Source: an uncultured Actinomycetes bacterium
GTDB taxonomy: Bacteria; Actinomycetota; Coriobacteriia; Anaerosomatales; CAVRZR01
Assembly: GCA_963809535.1 (NCBI GenBank)
Contig: CAWEJW010000001.1
Location: 553,354-617,353, forward strand
Reading direction: 5' to 3'
Length of the DNA stretch: 64,000 nt
Below are positions 33,009-42,910 of the stretch, one piece after another. The position numbers and the translations under genes are program-made. Position 1 is the stretch's first letter. Every line of letters begins with the position of its first letter. The notes under the pieces were generated by a model. That model was not told the DNA's origin. It worked only from the letters and a program-made list of their open reading frames with translations, and did no database searches.

Positions 33009-35429
33009 ATGCGAGTCTCTCTGAAGTGGCTGAACGAGCTCGTTCCGGTTCGACTCGGCGTGGCCGAGCTCGTTGACCGGCTCGACATGACCGGGACCGT
33101 TGTTGAGGCTGTGCAGGTGATCGGCCAGGCGCTCGAGGACGTGGTCGTCGGGCAGATCATCGCCAAAGAGCGCCATCCCGAGGCGGACAAGCTCTGGGTC
33201 ACGAAAGTGGAGGTCGGCGGGAGCGAGCCACTCACCATCGTGTGTGGCGCGCAGAACTTCGAGGCCGGCGACAAGGTGCCCGTGGCGCTGGTGGGCGCAA
33301 CCCTGCCAAACGGGATGACCATCAAAAGAGCCAAGCTCAGAGGGGTCGCGAGCGAGGGGATGAACTGTTCGCCGGCGGAGCTTGGCCTCGGCACCGACCA
33401 CGGCGGGATCATGATCCTGCCTGCCGACGCTCCTGTCGGTACTCCCTTCGCCGAGTACCACGGGCTTGCCGACACGGTACTCGACCTCGAGATCACGCCC
33501 AACCGCCCGGACTGTCTTTCTATGGCGGGCATAGCACGGGAGATCGGGGCGGTGACGGGCGAAATCGCCGCAGTGCCGTCCTCACACCCCGAAGAGGGGG
33601 GTGCGAGGACGGCCGACAGGGTGACCGTCCACATCGACGAGCCCGAGCTCTGCCCGCGATACACCGCGCGCCTCATCCGGAACGTCAAGATAGGACGTTC
33701 CCCGGACTGGCTGGCTGAGAAGATCATCGCTGCTGGTGCTCGGCCGATCAGCAACGTCGTTGACATCACCAACTACGTAATGTTCGAGCTGGGCCAACCG
33801 CTGCACGCCTTCGATGCCGACCTGCTTGCGACGGATGAGAGCGGGAAGCTCGCCATTGGAGTCCGACGGGCGCGAGCAGGCGAGACGCTCGTCACGCTCG
33901 ACCGCCAGAAGCGAGGTCTGACCGCCGACACGCTGCTCATTACCGATCCCTCCGGCCCTGTGGCTCTGGCGGGTGTCATGGGCGGCGAGTCCACGGAAGT
34001 CAACGAGGCAACGGTGAACATCCTGCTCGAGTCGGCGTGCTTCCAGCCAGCCTCGATCAGCCTGACGAGTCGAGCACTCGGGCTTGTGTCCGAGGCCTCG
34101 ATGCGCTTCGAGAGAGGTGTCGACCGGAGCGCGTGCGATGCCGCTGCGGACCGCGCAGCCCAGCTCATGGCGGATCTGGCGGGCGGGGAGATTGCCCCCG
34201 GCATCGTTGACGCGTACCCGCTACCTTTCGAGTCGCACACCATCACATTGCGGCTCGAGCGTCTGTGGGCCGTGCTCGGAGCGACGCCGAGTGCGGCCGA
34301 GGCGGAACGCATCCTGACCTCATTGGGCTGCTCCGTTCGACTTGAGGGCACCACCTCGCTGAGCGTCGAAGCACCTTCCTTCAGGCCCGATCTCGAGCGC
34401 GAGATAGACCTTGTCGAAGAGGTCGTGAGGGTGTGGGGCATTCACCGTGTGCCGGCGACGCTTCCACGTGGACGCGGGCGCATCGGCGCGCTGACGGCGG
34501 AGCAGCGCTGGCGCCAGAGGATCGGCTCCACGCTCCGGGCAGTAGGCCTGAACGAGACGATGACCTACGCCTTTGCCGACCCGTGCGATCTCTCACGCCT
34601 GGGCTGGCGCATGGCTGAGGACGAGCTGCAAGTCGAGCTCATCAACCCGATGTCGAGCGAGCAGTCGTTGCTACGTCGCACATTGCTGCCTGGCCTCCTG
34701 CGCTCGGTCTCCTACAACCAGCGCCGCGGCAGTGCGAACGTGCACTTGTACGAACTTGGCCGCGTGTTCTGGACGGCGCCAGGACGAAAGCAGCCGAAGG
34801 AGCGCCAAGTCCTGGGCGCCGTTCTTGCGGGTGCCTGGCACGATCCGGCGTGGAACGATGCCCCGACCGAGCTCGACTTCTTCGACGGGAAGGGCGCCAT
34901 CGGCGCGGTGCTGGACGAGCTCGGCATCGAGCGTTGGCGCGTGCGAGTGGGGGAGCAGACGTGGCTGCAGCCTGGGCGCCGGGCTGACGTTCTGCTCGGT
35001 GGCGAGGTCGTCGGCTGGCTCGGTGAGGTCCACCCCCGCGTGCTGGCTGCGTTTGACGCAGGCGGCCCAGTGACTGCTTTGGAGCTGGACGTCCGCATGC
35101 TCACGCGCGCGGCGCGCGAGGTGAAGCCGTATCGCGAGATCCCGCGCTTTCCCGCGGTCAGCCTCGATCTCGCGATCGTCGTTTCCGAAGACGTGTCGGC
35201 CGAGCGACTCGAGCAAGCGCTCGTCTCCGCCGGCGGGAAGCTCCTGGAGTCGGTCCGGCTCTTCGACGTATATCGGGGGAAGGGTGTGGCGGAAGGCAAG
35301 AAGTCCGTGGCGTTCACGCTCACGTACCGAGTGCCGGACCGCACGCTGACCGCCGAGGAAGTCCAGCCGATCCATGACCGGCTCGTGCGCAAGGTGCTCG
35401 GTGTAGTCGGGGGCGAGCTTCGGGCATAG
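33009..35429 (+). CDS. pheT: phenylalanine--tRNA ligase beta subunit
   Basis: 806 aa. MRVSLKWLNELV start, tRNA-binding OB domain (HPEADKLWV..V..G), B3/4 and B5 domains and C-terminal FDX-ACB (DVYRGKGV..GKKS.AF.L.YR). Confidence 0.95.
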   Translation: MRVSLKWLNELVPVRLGVAELVDRLDMTGTVVEAVQVIGQALEDVVVGQIIAKERHPEADKLWVTKVEVGGSEPLTIVCGAQNFEAGDKVPVALVGATLPNGMTIKRAKLRGVASEGMNCSPAELGLGTDHGGIMILPADAPVGTPFAEYHGLADTVLDLEITPNRPDCLSMAGIAREIGAVTGEIAAVPSSHPEEGGARTADRVTVHIDEPELCPRYTARLIRNVKIGRSPDWLAEKIIAAGARPISNVVDITNYVMFELGQPLHAFDADLLATDESGKLAIGVRRARAGETLVTLDRQKRGLTADTLLITDPSGPVALAGVMGGESTEVNEATVNILLESACFQPASISLTSRALGLVSEASMRFERGVDRSACDAAADRAAQLMADLAGGEIAPGIVDAYPLPFESHTITLRLERLWAVLGATPSAAEAERILTSLGCSVRLEGTTSLSVEAPSFRPDLEREIDLVEEVVRVWGIHRVPATLPRGRGRIGALTAEQRWRQRIGSTLRAVGLNETMTYAFADPCDLSRLGWRMAEDELQVELINPMSSEQSLLRRTLLPGLLRSVSYNQRRGSANVHLYELGRVFWTAPGRKQPKERQVLGAVLAGAWHDPAWNDAPTELDFFDGKGAIGAVLDELGIERWRVRVGEQTWLQPGRRADVLLGGEVVGWLGEVHPRVLAAFDAGGPVTALELDVRMLTRAAREVKPYREIPRFPAVSLDLAIVVSEDVSAERLEQALVSAGGKLLESVRLFDVYRGKGVAEGKKSVAFTLTYRVPDRTLTAEEVQPIHDRLVRKVLGVVGGELRA

Positions 35430-35469
35430 TCATGAGTGTTGCGGACGACGCAGCTCGGTTCCGCAAAGC

Positions 35470-35575
35470 TGCATACTAGTGAAGATTCATGCGTTCTTGT
35501 CGTATGATGCGTCGATTCTCGAACTTTCTAACGCATGTTTGTTGACTGATATGCGTTCTTGCCGATATCATCTGC
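35470..35575 (+). promoter_or_regulatory. arg operon promoter with ARG-box-like repeats
   Basis: AT-rich island with repeated ATGCGT/ACGCAT half-sites (ATTCATGCGT, TATGATGCGT, TAACGCATGT, ATATGCGTTC). TTGACT (35542-35547), 18 nt, TATCAT (35566-35571). Confidence 0.5.
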
Positions 35576-35612
35576 GAACAATCGCGCGTGTCACGGAGTG
35601 AGAAGGTGCGCA

Positions 35613-36659
35613 ATGAACGTGGCCGTTGTCGGCGCGGCGGGATACGCAGGGATCGAGGCCGTGCGCCTCGTCCTCGGCCATCCGCACATGCAGCTCGTGA
35701 CGGTGACCTCTGCCCAAGAGGCAGGACGCAGGGTCGACGATGTGTATCCGGTCCTCTCGGGACTAACCGACGCGGAGTTCTCCATTCCGGAGCTGGCGAC
35801 CATAGCCGAGTCCGCCGAGCTCGCCGTGCTGGCCGTTCCTCACACTGCGTCCATGGCCATGACGCCGCGCCTCCTGGACATGGGTCTGCGGGTCATCGAT
35901 GCGTCCGCGGACTTTCGCCTCAAGAGCCGCAAGGTCTACGAGGCGTGGTACGACGTGGAGCATACAGCGCCCGACCTGCTCGAGGAGGCAGTCTACGGTC
36001 TGCCGGAGCTCGATCGGACCGCACTGCCAGGCGCCCGGCTCGTTGCGGCTCCAGGTTGCTATCCCACGGCATCAATCCTGGCGGCCCTGCCGGCACTCGC
36101 TGCCGGCATCGTGAGTTCCAGGCGAGTCGTCGTCGACGCGAAGTCGGGCGTTTCTGGCGCTGGGCGTGGCCACTCGGCAGGCACACATTTCTCGTTCGTG
36201 AACGAGTCCGTGGCACCGTACAACGTGGCCTCTCACCGGCATACTCCGGAGATCGCGCAGGCCCTCTCACGAATCGCGGGCTCCAATGTCAGTGTCGTCT
36301 TCACGCCGCATCTGGTTCCCATGACGCGCGGCCTTCTGGCGACGGTCTATCTCGAGTTGGCCGAGGATCAGATCGACCTGACGACGAGCGACGCGGTCGA
36401 CCTCTATCGACGACACTATGCGGGCGAGCCATTCGTGACGGTGCATCCAGCGGGCAGGATGCCGTCCACCCATGAGGTGAGCGGCACGAACAGGGCACAT
36501 ATCGGTCTGGCGGTCGATCGTGCCGCTGGCATGCTGATCGCGGTGTGCGCTATCGACAACCTCGTCAAAGGAACCTCCGGCCAGGTCATCCAGTGTGCGA
36601 ACCTCATGTTCGGGTTCGACGAGACGTCCGGCCTGACCACGCCGGCGCCGGCGGTCTGA
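35613..36659 (+). CDS. argC: N-acetyl-gamma-glutamyl-phosphate reductase
   Basis: MNVAVVGAAGYAGIE..RL...HP and the active-site region APGCYPTA. Confidence 0.9.
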   Translation: MNVAVVGAAGYAGIEAVRLVLGHPHMQLVTVTSAQEAGRRVDDVYPVLSGLTDAEFSIPELATIAESAELAVLAVPHTASMAMTPRLLDMGLRVIDASADFRLKSRKVYEAWYDVEHTAPDLLEEAVYGLPELDRTALPGARLVAAPGCYPTASILAALPALAAGIVSSRRVVVDAKSGVSGAGRGHSAGTHFSFVNESVAPYNVASHRHTPEIAQALSRIAGSNVSVVFTPHLVPMTRGLLATVYLELAEDQIDLTTSDAVDLYRRHYAGEPFVTVHPAGRMPSTHEVSGTNRAHIGLAVDRAAGMLIAVCAIDNLVKGTSGQVIQCANLMFGFDETSGLTTPAPAV

Positions 36660-36726
36660 TGCGCCACGGGCGCAGTCCGTGCGGGACCGACGAGCCGCGA
36701 GGCCGATCGGAATGCGAAGGGAGACG

Positions 36727-37959
36727 ATGAGCGCTCAGACAGGACGGTTCTCCTACGCCGAAGGTGGCGTCGTGGCACCGGAGGGATTCCTTGCGGCGGG
36801 TGTGAGCGCCGGCATCAAGAAGAACGGCAAGCGCGATGTCTCGCTCCTCGTGGCCGACGGCGGGACGGTTCCAACGGCATGCGTCTTCACCCTGAACAGC
36901 ATGGCCGCCGCACCCGTCCTGGTGTCCCGTTCGCACGTCTCGAGCGGACGCATTCGGGCCATCGTGGTGAACTCCGGCAACGCGAACGCGTGCACGGGAG
37001 AGAACGGGCTGGCGGACGCCCACGCGATGGCGCGCGCAGCGGCCGATGCCCTTGGGTGCGAGGCCTCCGACGTGCTGGTCGCCTCGACCGGGGTCATCGG
37101 CGCGGCCATGCCTATGGATGCTGTCCTCGCTGGCATATCCGACGCCGCCGAGGAACTCGACAGCTCGCGGGCGGCCGGCGACGCGGCGGCTGAAGCGATC
37201 ATGACCACTGACACCTTCCTCAAGCAGACCGCGCTCAGCGTGGAGGTGGGGGGCGCGCGCTACACCGTCGGGGGGGTTGCCAAGGGTAGCGGCATGATCA
37301 TGCCGAACATGGCCACCATGTTGGCCTTCCTGACCACCGACGCACCGCTGACGTCCGGGGCGTGCCAGGTCGCCCTGACCTCGGCCGTCGATGCGACCTT
37401 CAACCGCATCACAGTCGACTCCGACACGTCGACGAACGACATGTGCTCGCTCATGGCGTCCGGTGCTGCCGGTGGTGAGCATATCGACCCCGGCAGCGCA
37501 GCGTTTCCCCTCGTCGCCGCCGCTGTGAGAGAGGTGTGCGGTGAGCTCGCTCGGATGATCGTGCGTGACGGCGAAGGCGCCACCAAGTTCATCACCGTGA
37601 CGGTCAAAGGCGCCGCATCCGAGAGTGACGCAGAGGCAGCGGCCATGTGCGTCGCCAACTCCCCGCTGTTCAAGACGGCCATCTTCGGTGGCGACGCGAA
37701 CTGGGGCAGGGTCGTGATGGCGGTTGGCAAGTCGTCGGCGGCTGTCGACCCCGATCGCATCGATGTCGTCTTCGCCGGGATCACGGTGTGCAAGGATGGG
37801 ACAGGATTCGCCTTCGAAGAGAAGGCCGCCTCTGCGGCTCTCAGCGAACCCGAGATCGACGTCATCGTCGATCTGCACGTGGGCGACTTCGAGGCGACCG
37901 TGTGGACGTGCGATCTGTCCTACGAGTACGTGCGCATCAACGGCGAGTACCGCACCTGA
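36727..37959 (+). CDS. argJ: bifunctional ornithine acetyltransferase / N-acetylglutamate synthase
   Basis: GV.AP.GF.AAGV.AGIKK.GK.D. The autoprocessing site is in context MIMPNMATMLAFLTTDA. C-terminus EYVRINGEYRT. Confidence 0.9.
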   Translation: MSAQTGRFSYAEGGVVAPEGFLAAGVSAGIKKNGKRDVSLLVADGGTVPTACVFTLNSMAAAPVLVSRSHVSSGRIRAIVVNSGNANACTGENGLADAHAMARAAADALGCEASDVLVASTGVIGAAMPMDAVLAGISDAAEELDSSRAAGDAAAEAIMTTDTFLKQTALSVEVGGARYTVGGVAKGSGMIMPNMATMLAFLTTDAPLTSGACQVALTSAVDATFNRITVDSDTSTNDMCSLMASGAAGGEHIDPGSAAFPLVAAAVREVCGELARMIVRDGEGATKFITVTVKGAASESDAEAAAMCVANSPLFKTAIFGGDANWGRVVMAVGKSSAAVDPDRIDVVFAGITVCKDGTGFAFEEKAASAALSEPEIDVIVDLHVGDFEATVWTCDLSYEYVRINGEYRT

Positions 37960-37998
37960 CTGCTCGCAGATCCTGAGACGTAGAAGAGGTGTCAACCA

Positions 37999-38901
37999 GT
38001 GAAAGACCTGCTTGCAAAGGCCGCGACGCTCACTGAGGCCCTTCCGTGGATCAAACGGACGTGGGGAATGACGGTCGTCATCAAGTACGGCGGTGCAGCG
38101 ATGACCGACCCCGAGACCCGCGAGCACGTGGCGAGCGACATCGTGCTCATGAAGCTGGTTGGTATCAATCCGGTGATCGTCCATGGCGGCGGGGCCGAGA
38201 TCAACTCATTCATGGAGCGGCTCGGCATGCCCGTCGCGTTCCATGCCGGTCTCCGCGTCACCTCGGACGAGGCGATGGAGATCGTGAAGATGGTGCTCGT
38301 CGGCAAGGTGAACAAAGAGCTCGTTGCGGACATCAACGTGCACGGCCGTCTCGCGGTCGGCATCGCTGGTGATGATGCCAACCTCATTCAGGCTCGGCAG
38401 AAGGACGAGCAGCTCGGGCGCGTCGGGGAGATCACGGCGGTGGACTGCACCGTCGTGCGCGACCTCATGGAGGATGGCTTCATTCCCGTGATCGCAACCG
38501 TGGCGGCTGGAGATGACGGGGGCAGCTACAACATCAACGCGGATTCTGTCGCCGGCTACATTGCAGCGGCGCTCGAGGCGGACAAGGTCATCTTCCTCAC
38601 CGACGTCGACGGCCTGTATGCCGATGTTGGCGACAAGACCTCGCTGATCAGCTCGCTCACCGTGGGTGAAGCGCTGGAGATGATCGCGAACGACGAAGCG
38701 TCGGGTGGCATGATCCCGAAGGTAGCCGCGTGCGTGCATGCGCTGAGGGGCGGCGTGCGCAGGGCGCACATCCTGAACGGGACGATCCCGCATGCGCTGC
38801 TCCTCGAGGTCTACACCGAGGACGGCGTAGGGACGATGATCCGTCACGCCCACGAGCCCTGGCTGACCGAGGATCAGGTCGCCCCCGTAGAGGAGTCCTG
38901 A
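37999..38901 (+). CDS. argB: acetylglutamate kinase
   Basis: VVIKYGGAAM, NPVIVHGGG.EI and INADS.AG.IA.AL.A.K.IFLTDV.G. Confidence 0.9.
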   Translation: MKDLLAKAATLTEALPWIKRTWGMTVVIKYGGAAMTDPETREHVASDIVLMKLVGINPVIVHGGGAEINSFMERLGMPVAFHAGLRVTSDEAMEIVKMVLVGKVNKELVADINVHGRLAVGIAGDDANLIQARQKDEQLGRVGEITAVDCTVVRDLMEDGFIPVIATVAAGDDGGSYNINADSVAGYIAAALEADKVIFLTDVDGLYADVGDKTSLISSLTVGEALEMIANDEASGGMIPKVAACVHALRGGVRRAHILNGTIPHALLLEVYTEDGVGTMIRHAHEPWLTEDQVAPVEES

Positions 38902-40109
38902 TGGGACTCCTCTACGACGAGACAGCGCGACTCGATGCGGCGGCGCACATGCACACGTACGCTCGCAAGCCCGTCATGTTCGTCCGTGGGCAGGGGATGC
39001 GACTCTACGACGATGAAGGGCGAGAGTATCTCGACTTCGTCTCCGGCATCGGAGCCGTCAATCTCGGGCATGCTCATCCGCTCGTCACGGCCGCGGTCGG
39101 CGGTCAGATGGCCAAGCTCGTTCACGTGAGCAATCTGTACTACGTAGAGCACCGCGACGAGCTCGCAGAGCAGCTGGTGCGGCTCTGCGGCGGCCAGGCG
39201 CGCGTATTCCTCTGCAACTCGGGGGCCGAGGCCAACGAAGGTGCCATCAAGCTTGCGCGCAAATGGGCCCTGGAGAACAAACCGGGGGCAACCGGGGTCA
39301 TCACCGCTCTACGCTCCTTCCACGGCCGGACACTCGCTACGCTCGCTGCGACAGGACAGCCGTCGAAGCAGGACTCGTTCAAACCACTACCTGAGGGGTT
39401 CACCCACGTCCCTTTGAACGACATAGACGCCTTGGACGAGGCCCTCGATGAGCAGGTCTGCGCGGTTCTGCTCGAACCCGTGCAGGGGGAGGGGGGAGTG
39501 TGGGCCTGCACCACCGAGTATCTGGCGGCAGCGCGTCGGCTCTGCGACGAGCGCAACGCGCTACTGATGCTCGACGAAGTCCAGACCGGCTGCTATCGCA
39601 CCGGTCCGGTCTTCGCGCATCAGGACTTCGGAGTGAAGTCTGACGTGATGACCCTCGCGAAGTCGCTGGCCAACGGGCTACCGATCGGAGCGGTCGTTGC
39701 GCGCGCCGACGTAGCCGACGCGTTCGTGCCCGGCGACCACGGATCGACGTTCGGCGGCGGTCCGGTCGTATGCGCGGCGGCCCGCGCAACCCTTTGTGCC
39801 CTCGCCGATGAAGAGCTGGGCGAGAACGCCTCCTCGGCTGGCTCCTACCTCGTCCAGCAGTTGGCAGGCATCGCTTCGCGCACGGGAGCGATTACCGATA
39901 TTCGTGGGATCGGCCTCATGGTGGGTGTCTCTCTCGCGCGCCCCGCTGCCTCCTCCGTCGCGGCGCAAGCACTGGATGAGCAGCTGGTCGTGAACAGCAT
40001 CGGCGAGGATATCCTCCGCTTCCTGCCACCCCTCGTATGCACTTCCGAGGAAATTGATACACTTCTAAGCACGTTGGAACGAATCCTTGCAGGAGTGATG
40101 GATACGTGA
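38901..40109 (+). CDS. argD: acetylornithine aminotransferase
   Basis: Class III aminotransferase: LDF.SGI.V.NLGH.HP, NSGAEANEGAIKLARK, DEVQTG..RTG and the PLP lysine in context DVMTLAKSLANGLP. Confidence 0.9.
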   Translation: MGLLYDETARLDAAAHMHTYARKPVMFVRGQGMRLYDDEGREYLDFVSGIGAVNLGHAHPLVTAAVGGQMAKLVHVSNLYYVEHRDELAEQLVRLCGGQARVFLCNSGAEANEGAIKLARKWALENKPGATGVITALRSFHGRTLATLAATGQPSKQDSFKPLPEGFTHVPLNDIDALDEALDEQVCAVLLEPVQGEGGVWACTTEYLAAARRLCDERNALLMLDEVQTGCYRTGPVFAHQDFGVKSDVMTLAKSLANGLPIGAVVARADVADAFVPGDHGSTFGGGPVVCAAARATLCALADEELGENASSAGSYLVQQLAGIASRTGAITDIRGIGLMVGVSLARPAASSVAAQALDEQLVVNSIGEDILRFLPPLVCTSEEIDTLLSTLERILAGVMDT

Positions 40110-41044
40110 GCATGGAGGCTCTCAAGGGACGCGACTTTCTTCGGCCAGCCGATTTCTCGCCGACCGAGCTAGCGCTCGTCCTCGACACCGCGATCGAACA
40201 GAAACGCGCCTGGGCCGAGGGGCGACGCGATGCGCCCCTTGCCGGGAAGGCCGTCGCGTTGATATTCCAAAAGCCTTCGATGCGCACCCGTGTGTCCTTC
40301 GAGGTCGCGTGCGCCCGACTGGGCGCGACCCCCGTCGTGCTTGGCGGGAACGACACCGTGTTCTCGCGAGGTGAGACGGTCTACGACACGATCAAGGTGC
40401 TCGAGCGCTACTGCGATGCCATCGTCATCCGCACGTTTGCGCAGTCGCTCGTCGAGGAGATAGCCGGTCTCGCTCGTGTGCCGGTAGTGAATGCCCTCAC
40501 CGACGAGTACCACCCCTGCCAGGGGCTGGCCGATCTGCTCACCCTTCGCGAGCACAAGGGTGATCTCGCGGGTCTCACGCTTGCGTACGTGGGCGACGGC
40601 AACAACATGGCGAACACCTACCTCGAGGCCGGGGCTCTGGCCGGGATGAACATCAGGATTGCTACCCCAAAGGAGTTCGAGCCCCTACCAGCTGCTGTCA
40701 TAGCTGCCCAGGAGATTGCGGCACAGACTGGGGCCACGATCGACGTCGGCTACGACGCCCAGTCGGCGGTCAAGGGCGCGGACGCCATCGCTGCCGACAC
40801 GTGGGCGTCCATGGGCCAAGAGGACGAGCACACGGAGCGTGTTGGGGTCTTTGCGCCCTACTGTGTCGACGAGTCGCTGATGGCGGGCAGCACAGTTGGC
40901 GCCGTATTCATGCACTGCCTCCCAGCGCACCGAGGCGAAGAGGTGACCGACGCGGTGATCGATTCGGGAGCGTCGATCGTGTTCGACGAGGCCGAGAACC
41001 GGCTTCATGCTCAGAAAGCGCTGCTCTCGCTCTTGCTTGGCTAG
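40106..41044 (+). CDS. argF: ornithine carbamoyltransferase
   Basis: FQKPSMRTRVSFE, HPCQGLADL and DTWASMGQE...HCLPAHRGEEV. Start is GTG 40106 (overlapping the argD stop) or ATG 40112. Confidence 0.9.
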   Translation: MSMEALKGRDFLRPADFSPTELALVLDTAIEQKRAWAEGRRDAPLAGKAVALIFQKPSMRTRVSFEVACARLGATPVVLGGNDTVFSRGETVYDTIKVLERYCDAIVIRTFAQSLVEEIAGLARVPVVNALTDEYHPCQGLADLLTLREHKGDLAGLTLAYVGDGNNMANTYLEAGALAGMNIRIATPKEFEPLPAAVIAAQEIAAQTGATIDVGYDAQSAVKGADAIAADTWASMGQEDEHTERVGVFAPYCVDESLMAGSTVGAVFMHCLPAHRGEEVTDAVIDSGASIVFDEAENRLHAQKALLSLLLG

Positions 41045-41123
41045 ATCACAGACTCCCAGGGGCTGACGCCTCTCGGTGGCAAGGGAAGCCGGACATCGGA
41101 CATAGACAGGAGCCGAGTCGCCC

Positions 41124-41555
41124 ATGAGGAAACGACGTGAACGCCAGGAAGCGATCCGCCGCATCGTGCGCGCCGAGCGGGTCCGCACGCAGCGCGCGCT
41201 CGTGGAGCGTCTGCGCGACCAGGGGTTCGTGTGTACGCAGGCGACGGTCTCCAGGGACATCACGGAGATGGGACTCAAGAAGCTGCCAGAGGGCGTATAC
41301 GTTCTGGCCGAGGACCTGCACTTGCAGCGCATGATCAGCGATCTCGTGCTCGATGTGCAGCGCTCAGGCAACCTCGTGCTCGTCAAGGCGGCGGCTGGCA
41401 CCGCTCCAGGGGTCGCGGCGGCTCTGGATGCTGCGAGCCTCGAGGACATCCTCGGTTCCGTTGCGGGGGACGACACCATTCTCGTGATCACAACGACTGA
41501 GGCGTCGGGCTCGCTTCTCGTCGATACCATCAACAAGTTCCGCGGGGCAAGCTAG
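41124..41555 (+). CDS. argR: arginine repressor
   Basis: RQEAIRRIV....V.TQ..LVE.L...GF..TQATVSRDI.E.GL.K and C-terminal GT.AGDDTILVI. Confidence 0.9.
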   Translation: MRKRRERQEAIRRIVRAERVRTQRALVERLRDQGFVCTQATVSRDITEMGLKKLPEGVYVLAEDLHLQRMISDLVLDVQRSGNLVLVKAAAGTAPGVAAALDAASLEDILGSVAGDDTILVITTTEASGSLLVDTINKFRGAS

Positions 41556-41638
41556 CATCCTGGCTCGTAGCGTCTTGAGGCGTTTGAACTGTCGCCGTAC
41601 GAAGACGGATCGACACCGACACCAGAAAGGCAGACCGC

Positions 41639-42865
41639 ATGACCCGAGAGAAGGTGGTGCTGGCGTACTCCGGCGGCCTGGATACGTCGGTAGCCGTCCG
41701 TTGGCTCATAGACCACAAGGACCTCGACGTCGTGGCACTCGCGATCGACGTGGGACAGGAACGCCAGGACCTGGAGATGGTGCGCACGAAAGCGCTCGAC
41801 ATCGGCGCTGTCGAATCTGTGGTCAGGGACGTTCGCGAGGAGTACGTCGAGGAGTTCCTGGCCAAGGCGCTTCGTGCGAACGCTCTGTACGAGAACAAGT
41901 ACCCGCTCCTTTCGGCGATGAGCCGCCCGATCATCGTGAAGCACCTCGTCGAGGAGGCGCATCACTGTCGTGCCCGCTACATCGCGCATGGCTGCACGGG
42001 TAAGGGCAACGACCAGGTGCGATTCGAGGTCGGTATCGCAGCTCTCGACCCCGATCTCGAGGTGATCGCGCCGGTTCGGGAGTGGGACCTGAAGACCCGA
42101 GAGCAGGAGATGGACTACGCGCGCGAACATGGCATCCCGGTCCCGACTACCAAGGCCAGCCCGTATTCCATTGACGACAATCTCTGGGGCCGAGCCATCG
42201 AGTGCGGCGTGCTGGAGGATCCTTGGGTGGAGCCGCCGGCGGAGATCTACACGCTTACGAACGATGCGCGTGGCGAGTCGTGCGGCGAGGTCGAATACGC
42301 CGAGCTCTCCTTCGAGCAGGGCCTCCCCGTCGCCCTTGATGGAAAGGTCGCGTCCTTCCACGAGATCATCAACGCGATGAACGACGTGGCTGGCCGCCAT
42401 GGGTTCGGCCGGATAGACATGATCGAGAACCGGCTCGTTGGCGTGAAGAGCCGAGAGATCTACGAGGTGCCCGGTGCGCTCACCCTCATCCAAGCCCACA
42501 AGGCACTCGAGGACCTCTGCCTCGAGCGCGAACTTCTGCACTACAAGCTCGGCGTCGAACAGAAGTGGGCCGAGCTCGTCTACAACGGGATGTGGTTCTC
42601 TCCGCTCAAGGAGGCGCTCGACGGCTTCATCGACACCACGCAGAAGCTCGTGACGGGCGACATTCGACTGCGATTCTTCAAGGGGTCGTGCGTGGTGGTC
42701 GGTCGCAGGAGCCCCTATTCGCTCTACGACTACAACCTGGCCACGTACGACGCGGCCGACACCTTCGACCACGCCGCCGCGAAGGGCTTCATCGACCTCT
42801 GGGGACTTCCGACGAGGGTCTGGGCGCGCCAGCGGCGCAAGGTCGGCAAGGAAGGCGAGGTCTAG
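41639..42865 (+). CDS. argG: argininosuccinate synthase
   Basis: KVVLAYSGGLDTSV, AHGCTGKGNDQVRFE and SIDDNLWGR...G.LEDP. Confidence 0.95.
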   Translation: MTREKVVLAYSGGLDTSVAVRWLIDHKDLDVVALAIDVGQERQDLEMVRTKALDIGAVESVVRDVREEYVEEFLAKALRANALYENKYPLLSAMSRPIIVKHLVEEAHHCRARYIAHGCTGKGNDQVRFEVGIAALDPDLEVIAPVREWDLKTREQEMDYAREHGIPVPTTKASPYSIDDNLWGRAIECGVLEDPWVEPPAEIYTLTNDARGESCGEVEYAELSFEQGLPVALDGKVASFHEIINAMNDVAGRHGFGRIDMIENRLVGVKSREIYEVPGALTLIQAHKALEDLCLERELLHYKLGVEQKWAELVYNGMWFSPLKEALDGFIDTTQKLVTGDIRLRFFKGSCVVVGRRSPYSLYDYNLATYDAADTFDHAAAKGFIDLWGLPTRVWARQRRKVGKEGEV

Positions 42866-42910
42866 GCGGCATGCGGGCATACATCGCACAGCCGACGCTT
42901 GAGGTGGCCA

